Part shown: positions 1 through 8,761 of the stretch, in pieces
Layout of the letters: each line of letters begins with the position of its first letter
How positions within the stretch are numbered: the first letter of the stretch is position 1
Origin: a virus
IMG/VR virus record: IMGVR_UViG_3300020048_000003
Direction: 5' to 3' (one strand)
DNA: 64,000 bases
Made by a program: the position numbers and the translations under genes
Notes under the pieces: model-generated
Told to the model about the DNA's origin: nothing
Databases searched by the model: none
Seen by the model: only the letters and a program-made list of their open reading frames with translations

Positions 1-33
1 GTAAAGCCGTGAGTTCGATTCTCACCAGCATCT
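1..33 (+). tRNA. tRNA 3' fragment truncated by the window start
   Basis: T-loop-like GAGTTCGATTCTC followed by an acceptor 3' strand. The 5' half lies outside the window. Confidence 0.3.
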
Positions 34-48
34 CAAACAAATTAAAAT

Positions 49-133
49 GCCGTAATGAGCGGAGTTGGTCTATCGCAGTTGGCTCATATCCAACCGTCTT
101 AAGTGACATCGTGTGTTCGAATCACACTTACGG
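49..133 (+). tRNA. tRNA, CAT anticodon loop (Met/Ile2-type), with an unusually long variable region
   Basis: Acceptor GCCGTAA/TTACGGT. Anticodon stem GTTGG/CCAAC with loop CTCATAT. T-arm GTGTG-TTCGAAT-CACAC. Variable region of about 16 nt. Confidence 0.5.
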
Positions 134-150
134 TACAAATATATATACAT

Positions 151-224
151 GGTCTTGTATATCAATTGGTTAGATTGCAAACCTGATAAGTTTGAGGTTG
201 GAGGTTCAAGTCCTCCCAAGACTA
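151..224 (+). tRNA. tRNA-Ile (GAT)
   Basis: Acceptor GGTCTTG/CAAGACT. Anticodon stem CAAAC/GTTTG with loop CTGATAA. T-arm GGAGG-TTCAAGT-CCTCC. Confidence 0.6.
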
Positions 225-235
225 CAAAAACAAAT

Positions 236-314
236 GCTGCTGTATCCCCGCTGGCTTATATCCAGTCATTAACAAGGTAATTGGTGTATGTGGGTTCGAG
301 TCCCTCCAGCAGTA
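236..314 (+). tRNA. tRNA-like gene, isotype unresolved
   Basis: Acceptor GCTGCTG/CAGCAGT and a canonical T-loop GGTTCGAGTCC. The anticodon arm could not be folded confidently by eye. Confidence 0.35.
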
Positions 315-319
315 CAAAT

Positions 320-401
320 AGTGATGTAATCAGCCGATCCTGATAAGATCGAGAACTGTAATTGGTTTTGAAACTGTGAGTTCGAGTCTCACCTTCACTA
401 C
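320..401 (+). tRNA. tRNA-like gene with anticodon loop CTGATAA (GAT) and a long extra arm
   Basis: Anticodon stem CGATC/GATCG. T-arm GTGAG-TTCGAGT-CTCAC. Acceptor AGTGATG/CTTCACT with one mismatch. Confidence 0.4.
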
Positions 402-600
402 AATGAAATAATATAAATATAGTATAAACAATTAAATTATGAAAGGAAAGACACTAAATTAATCTGAATGTGAGAAACCCGCCCTGCCTCGCTAGCAAGG
501 GAATGGCTGTTCAAGACTGCGTACTGTTGAGAGGTGGTATGAGGGTAAATGTCAGATGATTGTCAAAATAGCGTAACAGAAATAAATTTAAAATAGTAAG

Positions 601-688
601 TACTCGTTGCTTTAGTTGGCCGAAAAGTCCAGACTGTTAATCTGGTAAGGTTTATCCTTCATCGTAGGTTCGAATCCTACCGAGTGCG
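601..688 (+). tRNA. tRNA, type-II-like, anticodon loop CTGTTAA (GTT)
   Basis: Acceptor GTACTCG/CGAGTGC. Anticodon stem CCAGA/TCTGG. Long variable arm AAGGTTTATCCTT. T-arm GTAGG-TTCGAAT-CCTAC. Confidence 0.5.
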
Positions 689-873
689 CATTTTGACAGT
701 ACCAATGTATCATTAACTTAATCGCGGGGATGCATACTCTTTCGTTGTTACGACTGAGCGTTCGGGTTCAAAGATAGAGGAAAGCGGTTGATACCCCTAT
801 ACCAATTAAAATTTAGAGATTTAAAGAAAACTTCCAGCAATAAAAAAAACTTTGACTGTTAATCAAATCCAAA

Positions 874-1164
874 ATGTTTTCTGTTCTCTTTTTTTTTTAT
901 TTTGAAATTATTTTATATCTTTATAAAATGATAGAATTAATTTGTCCAAGATATAGAGTTTGTAAATTTAGATGTGAGCATAAATTTCTTCATCAACAAA
1001 ATGACTCCTGTAAGCTTATATGTGTATCAGGGAACTGTAATTGTGTATCATCATCGGTATATTATAGAAAAGAAAAATTAGAAAAAATTAAAAATTATGG
1101 GTGTTCAGGAGAAAATACAACAGGAGAACTTAATCTTAAAGAGTTTAAAAAGAGAAATTCTTAA
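874..1164 (+). CDS. small hypothetical protein, family A
   Basis: ORF track. Carries the RKEKLEKIKN motif immediately before the next ATG at 1097. Confidence 0.3.
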   Translation: MFSVLFFFYFEIILYLYKMIELICPRYRVCKFRCEHKFLHQQNDSCKLICVSGNCNCVSSSVYYRKEKLEKIKNYGCSGENTTGELNLKEFKKRNS

Positions 1165-1309
1165 ACATGCTAAAAAGAATGAAACTTATCACTATTGGGA
1201 TATATCTGGTTTATCCGATTCTATGGTGAAAAGTATAGTTGTTGAGTTAGAAAAAGATGGTAAGAATGTAAATAGTAAGGGACCAAATTATAAAATTATA
1301 AGGTGGTAA
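1097..1309 (+). CDS. small hypothetical protein
   Basis: ORF track. Its ATG directly follows the A-rich family A junction element. Confidence 0.35.
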   Translation: MGVQEKIQQENLILKSLKREILKHAKKNETYHYWDISGLSDSMVKSIVVELEKDGKNVNSKGPNYKIIRW

Positions 1310-1313
1310 TATA

Positions 1314-1408
1314 TTGCAGATTAGAGAAGTGGCTGTAATCCAGAGAAGATACTTATCTCGTCCCCGCGCATGAAGGGGAAGAGCCGTGGTTCGATTCCAC
1401 GATCTGCG
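1314..1408 (+). tRNA. tRNA, type II (long variable arm), isotype unresolved
   Basis: T-arm CGTGG-TTCGATT-CCACG. Variable-arm hairpin TCCCC-GCGCATGAA-GGGGA. Acceptor 3' strand ATCTGCG. Confidence 0.45.
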
Positions 1409-1500
1409 ACAATTTGTTTTTAAGAGATAATTTTAAATAGTAAACCCTATCTTCATAAAAAACATGAAAGTGCTTCTGAAGAGATAAAAATGATAATGAG

Positions 1501-1974
1501 ATGAAATTTGGTGTAGCGATTTTGATAATTGAAAGTATGTTTCATAAAAGAGAAATAAAACTTAGTGGAATGGATTTCGGCTGGGGAAATGGGTATGTGT
1601 TATTACCAAAAAATCATCCTTTATATGGAGAAGATTATGATGCTGTTTCGGTTAATACTATTGATATTCATGGTGGATTAACTTATGGTTGTGAGTTTGA
1701 TTCAAATCATTTTATTAAATGGATAAATAGTAGAGAAATTGATGGTGATGTTACTATGAACAATTATCAGAAATTTAATGGTTATTGGATGTTTGGCTTT
1801 GATACTTCCCATTTGGGTGATAGTTTACTTACTTGTCCAAAATCATATGTTATGAGTCAGACCATCAATCTTTTAGAACAATGTATAAGTGATGATATAT
1901 ATAATATTCAAAAATATAAAAGATTCTATCAAAGAAAAGATAAATTAAAAAAGATAGATTTATTAAGTGAATAA
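1501..1974 (+). CDS. hypothetical protein, family A
   Basis: ORF track. C-terminal RKDKLKKIDLLSE tail. The stop abuts the tRNA at 1975. Confidence 0.5.
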   Translation: MKFGVAILIIESMFHKREIKLSGMDFGWGNGYVLLPKNHPLYGEDYDAVSVNTIDIHGGLTYGCEFDSNHFIKWINSREIDGDVTMNNYQKFNGYWMFGFDTSHLGDSLLTCPKSYVMSQTINLLEQCISDDIYNIQKYKRFYQRKDKLKKIDLLSE

Positions 1975-2053
1975 GCCTCTGTATTAGCCTTGTCTTCGAA
2001 ACAAGAGACGTATAATAGGAACGAAAATGTGGGTTCGAATCCCACCAGAGGTT
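1975..2053 (+). tRNA. tRNA-like gene, anticodon loop CTTCGAA (TCG, Arg?), reduced D-arm
   Basis: Acceptor GCCTCTG/CAGAGGT. Anticodon stem CTTGT/ACAAG. T-arm GTGGG-TTCGAAT-CCCAC. Confidence 0.45.
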
Positions 2054-2120
2054 CAACATCTTAATCTATGAAAATAGAAAAATACGAGTTTTAATTATTT
2101 ATATATAGAAATAAAACAAT

Positions 2121-3110
2121 ATGAATAATTTTAATTGTAAAATATGTGGAAAAGAATATCCATTATTATTAAGTTTTAGTAAACATTTAGCAAATAAACA
2201 TAAATATAATGGAGGATTAGTACAATATTATATTGATTATGAAAATTTCATAGTTCCTAAATGTATTTATTGTGATAATGAGGCTAAAAGAAAAGAAGGA
2301 TTAGAGTATAGAAAAACTTGTGGTGATAAAAATTGTATTAAAAAATTAAATATTAACAAAAAACACACAGAAGAAACAAAATCACAAATTAGTAAAAAAT
2401 TAATTGAGTCTCATAAAAAAGGTGAGCATTCTGGTTGGGATTTTATTAATAAGGATTTGAATAGAAGAAGTTATCCAGAAAAATGGTTCATTAAGAATGT
2501 ACTAGAAAAATATTCTTTTTATTACAAATATACAATAGAAGAAAAATTTCCTTTTGGTAAGTATTGGCTAGATTTTGCTATTATTGATATGAAAATTGAT
2601 ATAGAAATAGATGGTCAACAACATTTTAGAACGATTGATGCTATTGAACATGATAAAGAAAGAGATGAATTTGTGTTGAGTAAAGATTGGAAAGTATATA
2701 GAATTGCTTGGATTGAATTGAAAAATAATAGAGAAGATGTTGTTGATGATTTTTTAAATTGGATTGAACAAAATGAAATTAAATATCATAAATATGATGT
2801 TGATGAAATTGTTCATAAATTTAAAAAAAATAATTATCGAACTTATGATGTTAAAAAAATTAAACCATCAAAACATAAAAAATCTATTGAATATTTTTCA
2901 GATAGAAAAAATCAATATGATTTGAGGCAAATTCCTAATATAGAAAAAATTATTAATAGTGATATTGATTTTTCAAAAGAAGGTTGGGTAAAAAAGGTTT
3001 CTATTCTAATTGGTATATCAGAGAATAAAGGTTCGGGTTGGATGAAAAGAAACATGAATGAATTTTTTATTAATAATTGTTGGAAAAGAAAATCAAAGAA
3101 GGTCTTGTAG
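2121..3110 (+). CDS. homing-endonuclease-like protein (zinc-finger N-terminus, NUMOD3-like motif, C-terminal Vsr/DUF559-like endonuclease fold)
   Basis: CxxC...CxxC at the N-terminus. HTEETKSQISKKL resembles NUMOD3. IEIDGQQH...DKERDEFVLSKDWKVYRIAW resembles the DUF559/Vsr-like nuclease fold. The 3' end overlaps the tRNA at 3101. Confidence 0.5.
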   Translation: MNNFNCKICGKEYPLLLSFSKHLANKHKYNGGLVQYYIDYENFIVPKCIYCDNEAKRKEGLEYRKTCGDKNCIKKLNINKKHTEETKSQISKKLIESHKKGEHSGWDFINKDLNRRSYPEKWFIKNVLEKYSFYYKYTIEEKFPFGKYWLDFAIIDMKIDIEIDGQQHFRTIDAIEHDKERDEFVLSKDWKVYRIAWIELKNNREDVVDDFLNWIEQNEIKYHKYDVDEIVHKFKKNNYRTYDVKKIKPSKHKKSIEYFSDRKNQYDLRQIPNIEKIINSDIDFSKEGWVKKVSILIGISENKGSGWMKRNMNEFFINNCWKRKSKKVL

Positions 3111-3172
3111 TTCAACGGATAGAATTAAAATTTGCGGAATTTTAGATATGAGTTCGATTCTCATCAAGATCA
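3101..3172 (+). tRNA. tRNA (anticodon loop TTGCGGA, GCG, Arg?)
   Basis: Acceptor GGTCTTG/CAAGATC. T-arm ATGAG-TTCGATT-CTCAT. D-loop AACGGATAGA. Confidence 0.5.
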
Positions 3173-3197
3173 CAAAATTTAAGAATAAATTTAACAT

Positions 3198-3443
3198 ATG
3201 AAATATTGTCCAAGACATGGTGAAGTTGAGCCAGGATTTCTTTTAATAGAGACTTCTAGTGGTTCGTTTAGTATAGAACAAAATGATTGTCCAATTGACA
3301 ATTGTTTTGAAGATTGTTTTGATATGCCCTTATCAAATAGCACAAAAGAAGAACTTAAAATATATCAGAAGTATGTGGTACAATCTGAAAGAGTAGAAAA
3401 ACTTAAAAAACTCAAAAAATTTCCAAGATATTTTTTTTATTAA
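3198..3443 (+). CDS. small Cys-rich hypothetical protein, family A
   Basis: ORF track. C-terminal tail ...VEKLKKLKKF. Confidence 0.4.
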   Translation: MKYCPRHGEVEPGFLLIETSSGSFSIEQNDCPIDNCFEDCFDMPLSNSTKEELKIYQKYVVQSERVEKLKKLKKFPRYFFY

Positions 3444-3484
3444 AAACTTTTTTATACTTTTGTATTATAATTAATAAAATAAAT

Positions 3485-3567
3485 GCCCCGATGGTGAAAT
3501 AGGTAGACACGTAAGACTTAAAATCTTATTCTCATTGCGAGAGTGCCGGTCCGATTCCGGCTCGGGG
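3485..3567 (+). tRNA. tRNA-Leu (TAA)
   Basis: Acceptor GCCCCGA/TCGGGGT. D-arm GGTGAAATAGGTAGACAC. Anticodon stem TAAGA/TCTTA with loop CTTAAAA. Long variable arm. T-arm GCCGG-TCCGATT-CCGGC. Confidence 0.7.
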
Positions 3568-3678
3568 TACAAAATCAAAAATAGAAAAAACTTAATAAAA
3601 AATAATACTATATAATAATATGAAAAATATCTTAAACATAGTTCAACAACAACAGATTTAGGTCTGATTGGGTTAACT

Positions 3679-3951
3679 ATGTCTTTTTTTACCCAATCTC
3701 CTGAGGATTGGGTTTTTTATTTTAAAATAATTTGGAATATGGAAAATAATAAAGGAAGAAGAAATGAAATAACAAAATTAAAATGGAAGAAAAGAATTTC
3801 ATTTTTAAGAACACAATATAATGTTGAAGAACCTGCAAAATTATATTGCTATAAGACAACTGGAAAACCTTGTAGTTGTCCTATGTGTTCACCTTATAAA
3901 TATGATAGAAATGAAAAGCATAAAAAGAATTTTGAAGATGATGTTCAGTAA
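3679..3951 (+). CDS. small Cys-rich hypothetical protein
   Basis: ORF track. Confidence 0.35.
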   Translation: MSFFTQSPEDWVFYFKIIWNMENNKGRRNEITKLKWKKRISFLRTQYNVEEPAKLYCYKTTGKPCSCPMCSPYKYDRNEKHKKNFEDDVQ

Positions 3952-4000
3952 AAATGTGTTTTCATTTAAAATGAAAACGATAAAATAATGAACAAATATT

Positions 4001-4071
4001 GTCCTGTGGTGTAATTGGCTAGCACGAAACACTTTGACTGTTTTAGATAAAGTTCGAATCTTTACAGGACA
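4001..4071 (+). tRNA. tRNA-Gln (TTG)
   Basis: Acceptor GTCCTGT/ACAGGAC. Anticodon stem AAACA/TGTTT with loop CTTTGAC. Confidence 0.6.
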
Positions 4072-4077
4072 ACACAT

Positions 4078-4165
4078 TGACCTATGATGGAAAAGAGTAG
4101 ACATACCAGGTTTTGACCCTGGTGCCCCAACGGGTGTGAAGGTTCGAGTCCTTCTAGGTTAGCCA
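4078..4165 (+). tRNA. tRNA, type II, with a genomically encoded CCA; anticodon loop TTTTGAC
   Basis: Acceptor TGACCTA/TAGGTTA. Anticodon stem CCAGG/CCTGG. Variable-arm hairpin. T-arm GAAGG-TTCGAGT-CCTTC. Ends GCCA. Confidence 0.5.
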
Positions 4166-4168
4166 TAT

Positions 4169-4242
4169 TGACCCGTAGAATAATTGCGTAGTTCGTCACC
4201 CTTTGAAGGTGTATGGTATTGGTTCGAGTCCAATCCGGTCAA
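4169..4242 (+). tRNA. tRNA (anticodon loop CTTTGAA, TTG)
   Basis: Acceptor TGACCCG/CCGGTCA with one mismatch. T-arm ATTGG-TTCGAGT-CCAAT. Confidence 0.5.
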
Positions 4243-4247
4243 CATAT

Positions 4248-4321
4248 TATCCAATAGCACAATCGGTGGTTGCAACTGCCTCTGAAGCAGTAGGTTATAG
4301 GTTCAAGTCCTATTTGGATAA
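4248..4321 (+). tRNA. tRNA-Gln (CTG)
   Basis: Acceptor TATCCAA/TTGGATA. Anticodon stem ACTGC/GCAGT with loop CTCTGAA. T-arm ATAGG-TTCAAGT-CCTAT. Confidence 0.55.
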
Positions 4322-4324
4322 CTT

Positions 4325-4362
4325 TTGAAGCTAAAAGTTTTGAACTTTTAGCTTTTTTTATT
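4325..4362 (+). terminator. rho-independent terminator after the tRNA cluster
   Basis: Hairpin AGCTAAAAGTT-TTG-AACTTTTAGCT followed by a T-run. Confidence 0.55.
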
Positions 4363-4384
4363 ATATAATAAAATAAAAAATAAT

Positions 4385-4975
4385 ATGGAAGTTAGACCGA
4401 TTTTTGAGGTTAAGAGTACGATTGATCAGACGGAATATTACTGGTTTCAAGATGCTTTTTCGGAGGAGGAGTTAATTTGGATGGATAATTTGAAAGAATT
4501 ATTTCCTTATGAAGTTGCATCTATTGTTGGTGATACTGGTTATGTTGATTCTGTTAGAAAGTCTAAAATAAAGTGGATTACTTTGGATGATACAACTCTT
4601 TGGGTTTATGATAAGTTGAAAAATTTTGCAATTGAGGCGAATAATACGATATGGGATTTTGATTTGCGTTCAATAGTGGATCCGATTCAATATACTGAGT
4701 ATAATGAGGGAGGTGATCATTATGATTGGCATCTTGACATAGGACCTGCGAGTATTAATCATAGGAAAATAAGTATAGTAGTTCAGTTGTCGGATCCTGA
4801 TGATTATGATGGTGGTGATTTTGAATTATATTGTGGTGGTGAGTTTAAGAGGTTGCCTAAGTTAAAGGGTTGTGCTATTTTATTCCCAAGTTTCTTATTA
4901 CATCGTGTTACTCCAGTTACGAGGGGAATTAGAAAGACGTTAGTTCTTTGGATTGGTGGAGGAAGTTTCAAATAA
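4385..4975 (+). CDS. 2OG-Fe(II) oxygenase family protein (prolyl-hydroxylase-like)
   Basis: HxD...H triad: DWHLD and LHRVTP, plus RKTLVLW. Confidence 0.6.
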   Translation: MEVRPIFEVKSTIDQTEYYWFQDAFSEEELIWMDNLKELFPYEVASIVGDTGYVDSVRKSKIKWITLDDTTLWVYDKLKNFAIEANNTIWDFDLRSIVDPIQYTEYNEGGDHYDWHLDIGPASINHRKISIVVQLSDPDDYDGGDFELYCGGEFKRLPKLKGCAILFPSFLLHRVTPVTRGIRKTLVLWIGGGSFK

Positions 4976-4978
4976 AAA

Positions 4979-5010
4979 AAGCCGTTCTAATAACGGCTTT
5001 TTTTATACAT
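4979..5010. terminator. bidirectional rho-independent terminator
   Basis: AAGCCGTT-CTAAT-AACGGCTT flanked by A- and T-runs, between convergent genes. Confidence 0.6.
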
Positions 5011-5392
5011 TATATTTATCTGCATCAATTTTCATAATAATATCATTCATATTGACTTTACCGAGGTATATTATTTCTGGTTCGTCTGTCCAGTATTTTA
5101 AAATAAGTAGGTTATTTCCTCTTAGTTTAAATCTTATTCTACAGTCACCGTTTCCCATTCTACCGTAGTGAAGAGTATATCCTTTATTTATATAAGACCA
5201 ATCAGTTTTTCTGGGATTACCTAAATGTGCATTATTATGAGAGACACTATTTATTTTATAGTTTACTTTATAATTTGGAAAGAAGTTACTATCAAAATAT
5301 GTTTTTATTTTGATTAGTTCTTGTTCGTATTTAATGGCTTTTTCTTCGGTATCAAAGAGTTTGCCATCAAGAGTTTGATATTTTATTTTCAT
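5003..5392 (-). CDS. hypothetical protein
   Basis: ORF track. A class-1 promoter element lies upstream at 5408-5420. Confidence 0.5.
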   Translation of the reverse strand: MKIKYQTLDGKLFDTEEKAIKYEQELIKIKTYFDSNFFPNYKVNYKINSVSHNNAHLGNPRKTDWSYINKGYTLHYGRMGNGDCRIRFKLRGNNLLILKYWTDEPEIIYLGKVNMNDIIMKIDADKYNV

Positions 5393-5440
5393 ATCTTTGA
5401 TTTAGAGTGCAAAGGTATGGAAATATTTTTAATAAAAAAA

Positions 5441-6187
5441 CTACAATATATTGAATTGTTTTATTGAGTCAATAATTTTTGTATTAAGAAATTCTTTAAT
5501 TTCTTCTTCTGTGAAGCAATAATTTTTTCCTTTTGTGAGCATAAGTTTAATCAGATCAATTTTTTGATCAAATTCAATTTTGTTAAGATCAATAAGAACT
5601 AGTGATAGAGTTTGAAATAGTATTGATGTTTTTTCTTTTTCTGAGTAGAGAAGAAATTTTCTAGTTTGTTCACCAGTTTTTACTTTTTCACCTTTTATAT
5701 TTTTAAGTTTTATGCTTCTTTGTTCTTTTATTGGAATTTCTTCAAATCTATATGGGTTAACATAGTTTCTAACACCACGAATTTTTAGCATAATGTTGTT
5801 TATGAAATTACCGCCATATGTTTTTGTTTTTTCTCTTTTTTCATTTTCAACGTAGTATATTTCACCTTCTTTAAAGGATTTTCCAGAACTATATCTACAT
5901 CTAACGAATTGTCCTGTATAATTTTTTTCTGAGTCTAATGGTGCTCTATATGATCCAAAATCTTTATGATAATCTAATGATTTACCATCAATATCAGTAA
6001 AATTAGCAAGTGAATAAGTACCAATATTTTTGAGTGTTATTTTTCTCTCGGTGGTATGACTTGTATAAATACAGGTAGCTACATAGGTTGCACCTTTTAA
6101 GAGTTTTGTAGAATTTCTTGCGTTTATGCAGATAACTTTTATTGGTTCGTGATAAGGTGTCATAGATTTATATTTGGTTTTTAACAA
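5441..6187 (-). CDS. hypothetical protein
   Basis: ORF track. Confidence 0.5.
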   Translation of the reverse strand: MLKTKYKSMTPYHEPIKVICINARNSTKLLKGATYVATCIYTSHTTERKITLKNIGTYSLANFTDIDGKSLDYHKDFGSYRAPLDSEKNYTGQFVRCRYSSGKSFKEGEIYYVENEKREKTKTYGGNFINNIMLKIRGVRNYVNPYRFEEIPIKEQRSIKLKNIKGEKVKTGEQTRKFLLYSEKEKTSILFQTLSLVLIDLNKIEFDQKIDLIKLMLTKGKNYCFTEEEIKEFLNTKIIDSIKQFNIL

Positions 6188-6262
6188 AAGTAAGTATTTT
6201 TTATGGAATAAAAAAATGAAAATGAAATTTTAATATATACCGTAAAACTATAATTATTTATT

Positions 6263-6901
6263 ATGATCAGAAAATCTCAGAATGGGTATGATATAATTCA
6301 AGGTATAGTAAATAATGATTATTTTGTTAGTGATTTATCTAATGATAGGTATAAATTTTATTATAGGATTCAAAATTTAAATAGAGAGCCGGTTCAGGAA
6401 TTTAGAAGACCTAGTTATGTATTGAGTTTAATATTTTTATTTTTAATTGTGGTATCAGGATTTTTAATTATAGAACAGCAGCCAAGAAACGTTTCTGAAA
6501 AATTATTTAAGACTTATTATAGTTCTGAAAATATTATTGATATAACTCGTTCTGATGAAGTTAATGTAGCGATAGTTAGATTTAAAGATAAGGATTATGC
6601 TGAAGCATCGGTATTATTTTCAAATATAATCAAGAGGGATAGTACAAATATTGCTGTTATTTTTTATAATGGTATATGTCAAATTGAGAATAATGAACTT
6701 GAGAATGCTATAAAATCTTTTCAGTATATAATACGATATGAAGATACTTTATATGTTGAGCATGCAGAGTGGTATTTGGCGTTATGTTATTTAAAAACCC
6801 ATCAACTTGATTTAGCAAAGGTTCAATTCAAAAAGATTGTAAGTGAGGATGATAATTATTATAAAAAAGATGCTCAAAAGATTTTATCTGAGTTGAAGTA
6901 A
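6263..6901 (+). CDS. membrane-anchored TPR-like protein
   Basis: Internal hydrophobic helix LSLIFLFLIVVSGFLII. The C-terminal region has TPR-like helices. Confidence 0.4.
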   Translation: MIRKSQNGYDIIQGIVNNDYFVSDLSNDRYKFYYRIQNLNREPVQEFRRPSYVLSLIFLFLIVVSGFLIIEQQPRNVSEKLFKTYYSSENIIDITRSDEVNVAIVRFKDKDYAEASVLFSNIIKRDSTNIAVIFYNGICQIENNELENAIKSFQYIIRYEDTLYVEHAEWYLALCYLKTHQLDLAKVQFKKIVSEDDNYYKKDAQKILSELK

Positions 6902-7315
6902 TTTAATTTTTCTAATTTTAATTAACCAATCTTTATATTCAAGTCTTTCTCCATTGAGATAATAATTTTCTAATCCAGGAAAATTTACAGAGTGATTGTT
7001 CCATATTCTATAGAAAGCTTCGCGGGATTCATTGTGCATTTCACAATTTTTTAGATGTAGGTAGTTTACACATTCGTCAAGATTGTGGTCTTTATAGCAA
7101 ATACAAGAAATTTTATGTTTATTTCTTTTTATAAAGAGGTAGAATTCTTGTACTACTCTACTTTTTTTATTATGTCCTTGATTTTTGTGTATTGTGTGGT
7201 AAGTTGATCTTTCAAATATAATATTATCAATAGTAACGCTAATGATTTTACTCATTATAATTTCTCTACTTTTTGGTACACTTTTACTAGGTATATCTAA
7301 TCTTAGTTTAGCCAT
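6884..7315 (-). CDS. hypothetical protein
   Basis: ORF track. Confidence 0.4.
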   Translation of the reverse strand: MAKLRLDIPSKSVPKSREIIMSKIISVTIDNIIFERSTYHTIHKNQGHNKKSRVVQEFYLFIKRNKHKISCICYKDHNLDECVNYLHLKNCEMHNESREAFYRIWNNHSVNFPGLENYYLNGERLEYKDWLIKIRKIKLLQLR

Positions 7316-7842
7316 TTAGATTTCTCACTTGGAAATTGAAATTGGTTTTTATTTGAGGATTTTAAAGCAGAATTATTTCTTTTTATAAATTTAGCGGAAT
7401 ATGAGTTTGTATATTCCTGACTAACTTCTTTACCATCAAGATAAACAATATATTCTCCTGTTTCGTATAGTGTATCGTTTTCAATTTTAGATTTTACATT
7501 GAAAAAGTACATTTTTGTTTTTGAGCAAGTTGCGGTAGAATCGCCACCTTCAATTATATAATCTCTGTATATGAGATAATCATCATTTACATGTGCGCTT
7601 ATAATGATAAAAGGAGCATCTGAAATGATGATGTTAAGCATATCAAAGTCATATGAAATTCTTCTAACTGAAGTTGTTGTATCTTCAAAAAACCCTGTGT
7701 AGATTGTGTTCATACCTTTAGGGTTTGGATTATCTTGTTCGCTTGCCCATTCGCCAATAAATTTATTATACGTTGGTTCTTTTGAACATCCGATAGTAGT
7801 AGTTAGTACTAGGATAAATAGTATTTTAATGAGATTTTTCAT
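7303..7842 (-). CDS. putative lipoprotein
   Basis: Signal peptide ending LTTTIGC, a lipobox-like Cys. The upstream gene ends in the family A motif. Confidence 0.5.
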   Translation of the reverse strand: MKNLIKILFILVLTTTIGCSKEPTYNKFIGEWASEQDNPNPKGMNTIYTGFFEDTTTSVRRISYDFDMLNIIISDAPFIIISAHVNDDYLIYRDYIIEGGDSTATCSKTKMYFFNVKSKIENDTLYETGEYIVYLDGKEVSQEYTNSYSAKFIKRNNSALKSSNKNQFQFPSEKSKWLN

Positions 7843-8132
7843 AAGTTTTTTATTTTTTGGAGTTTTTCTTTTCTTAATTGTATTCTTATTTCTTTTAATG
7901 TGTTTTCAAATTCAGCACCTGGACAAACATTAGCATGAAACCATTCTTTTTTTGAATACCAATGTCTTTTATATCTTATTTGATGTCTAATGTTTAAACA
8001 ATTACTATTATTTGGTATACCATACTCAATAATTTTAATATCATCTAATGATATTGATTTTCTTGTATAATCATTAGATTTCTGAATATATCTTTTCAAT
8101 TCGTCTATTGAGTGTGGAGTTTTGTTTAGCAT
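7839..8132 (-). CDS. hypothetical protein, family A
   Basis: C-terminal LRKEKLQKIKNL overlaps the next start. Confidence 0.45.
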   Translation of the reverse strand: MLNKTPHSIDELKRYIQKSNDYTRKSISLDDIKIIEYGIPNNSNCLNIRHQIRYKRHWYSKKEWFHANVCPGAEFENTLKEIRIQLRKEKLQKIKNL

Positions 8133-8545
8133 TGTTTTAATTGTTTAAGTTTTAGGTATCTTTCTGCTTGTTGTAAATCTTCATTCAATACAAAATAAAA
8201 TGGGTCATACCAAATTTCGTTTTGATTATTTATTTCATTTTCTAATTCATCCCAAAATTTACCATTTGTTTGAAAGATGTATAATTTATTTTTTTTAAAT
8301 GTAAATGTTTCAAACAATGGTTTACGTTTCTCGGCATATTTATTATAATTATGATTTGAACGATGATAAATCATGTTATCACCTGAAAAATCAACATAAT
8401 CACAATTTGATGAAAGGTTAAAATTTTTGAAATTTTTTACATATGAAGTTTCTTCAAAATTTTCATCAACTATTATGTTTATAATACTATTTCTCAAATG
8501 ATAAACATCACCATATTTTTTGAATAATTTAGTCTCCATACGCAT
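8126..8545 (-). CDS. hypothetical protein
   Basis: ORF track. Confidence 0.45.
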   Translation of the reverse strand: MRMETKLFKKYGDVYHLRNSIINIIVDENFEETSYVKNFKNFNLSSNCDYVDFSGDNMIYHRSNHNYNKYAEKRKPLFETFTFKKNKLYIFQTNGKFWDELENEINNQNEIWYDPFYFVLNEDLQQAERYLKLKQLKQC

Positions 8546-8756
8546 CTGCCTTATAAAAAATAATATCCATTATAAGAGTCTGAAAAAATGCACAAAAAAC
8601 TGGTATTGTTAAAATATCATGTATTGTAATATTTGGTGTTTCTGCCGCCCATATCCAAAAACAAGCATAAATCAAATAACTAAACACAAACATAAATCCA
8701 ACCCATATAACTCTAAAACTTTGCCATTTTGTAAAGTATCTTTTTATAGTTTTCAT
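8529..8756 (-). CDS. small membrane protein
   Basis: Two hydrophobic helices. Confidence 0.4.
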   Translation of the reverse strand: MKTIKRYFTKWQSFRVIWVGFMFVFSYLIYACFWIWAAETPNITIHDILTIPVFCAFFQTLIMDIIFYKADAYGD

Positions 8757-8761
8757 AGTTT

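Noticed and set aside
470-800. GC-richer non-coding stretches between tRNAs (about 480-600 and 706-800), including a T-loop-like GGGTTCAAAG
   Set aside because: No convincing cloverleaf or known ncRNA fold could be built by eye. They may be degraded tRNA genes or leader sequences. They are left uncalled pending an Infernal or tRNAscan search.
4001-4321. Possibility of stop-codon reassignment suggested by several Gln-type tRNAs
   Set aside because: The anticodons read as TTG or CTG, not CTA or TTA. Long uninterrupted ORFs (1115 aa, 903 aa) are obtained with the standard code. There is no sign of in-frame TAG or TAA enrichment.
1-4365. tRNA cluster as a prophage attachment site or host island
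   Set aside because: There is no integrase, no direct repeats flanking the block, and no transposase. The tRNAs are AT-rich like the rest of the window and interleaved with phage-style small ORFs. This looks like a phage-encoded tRNA cluster.
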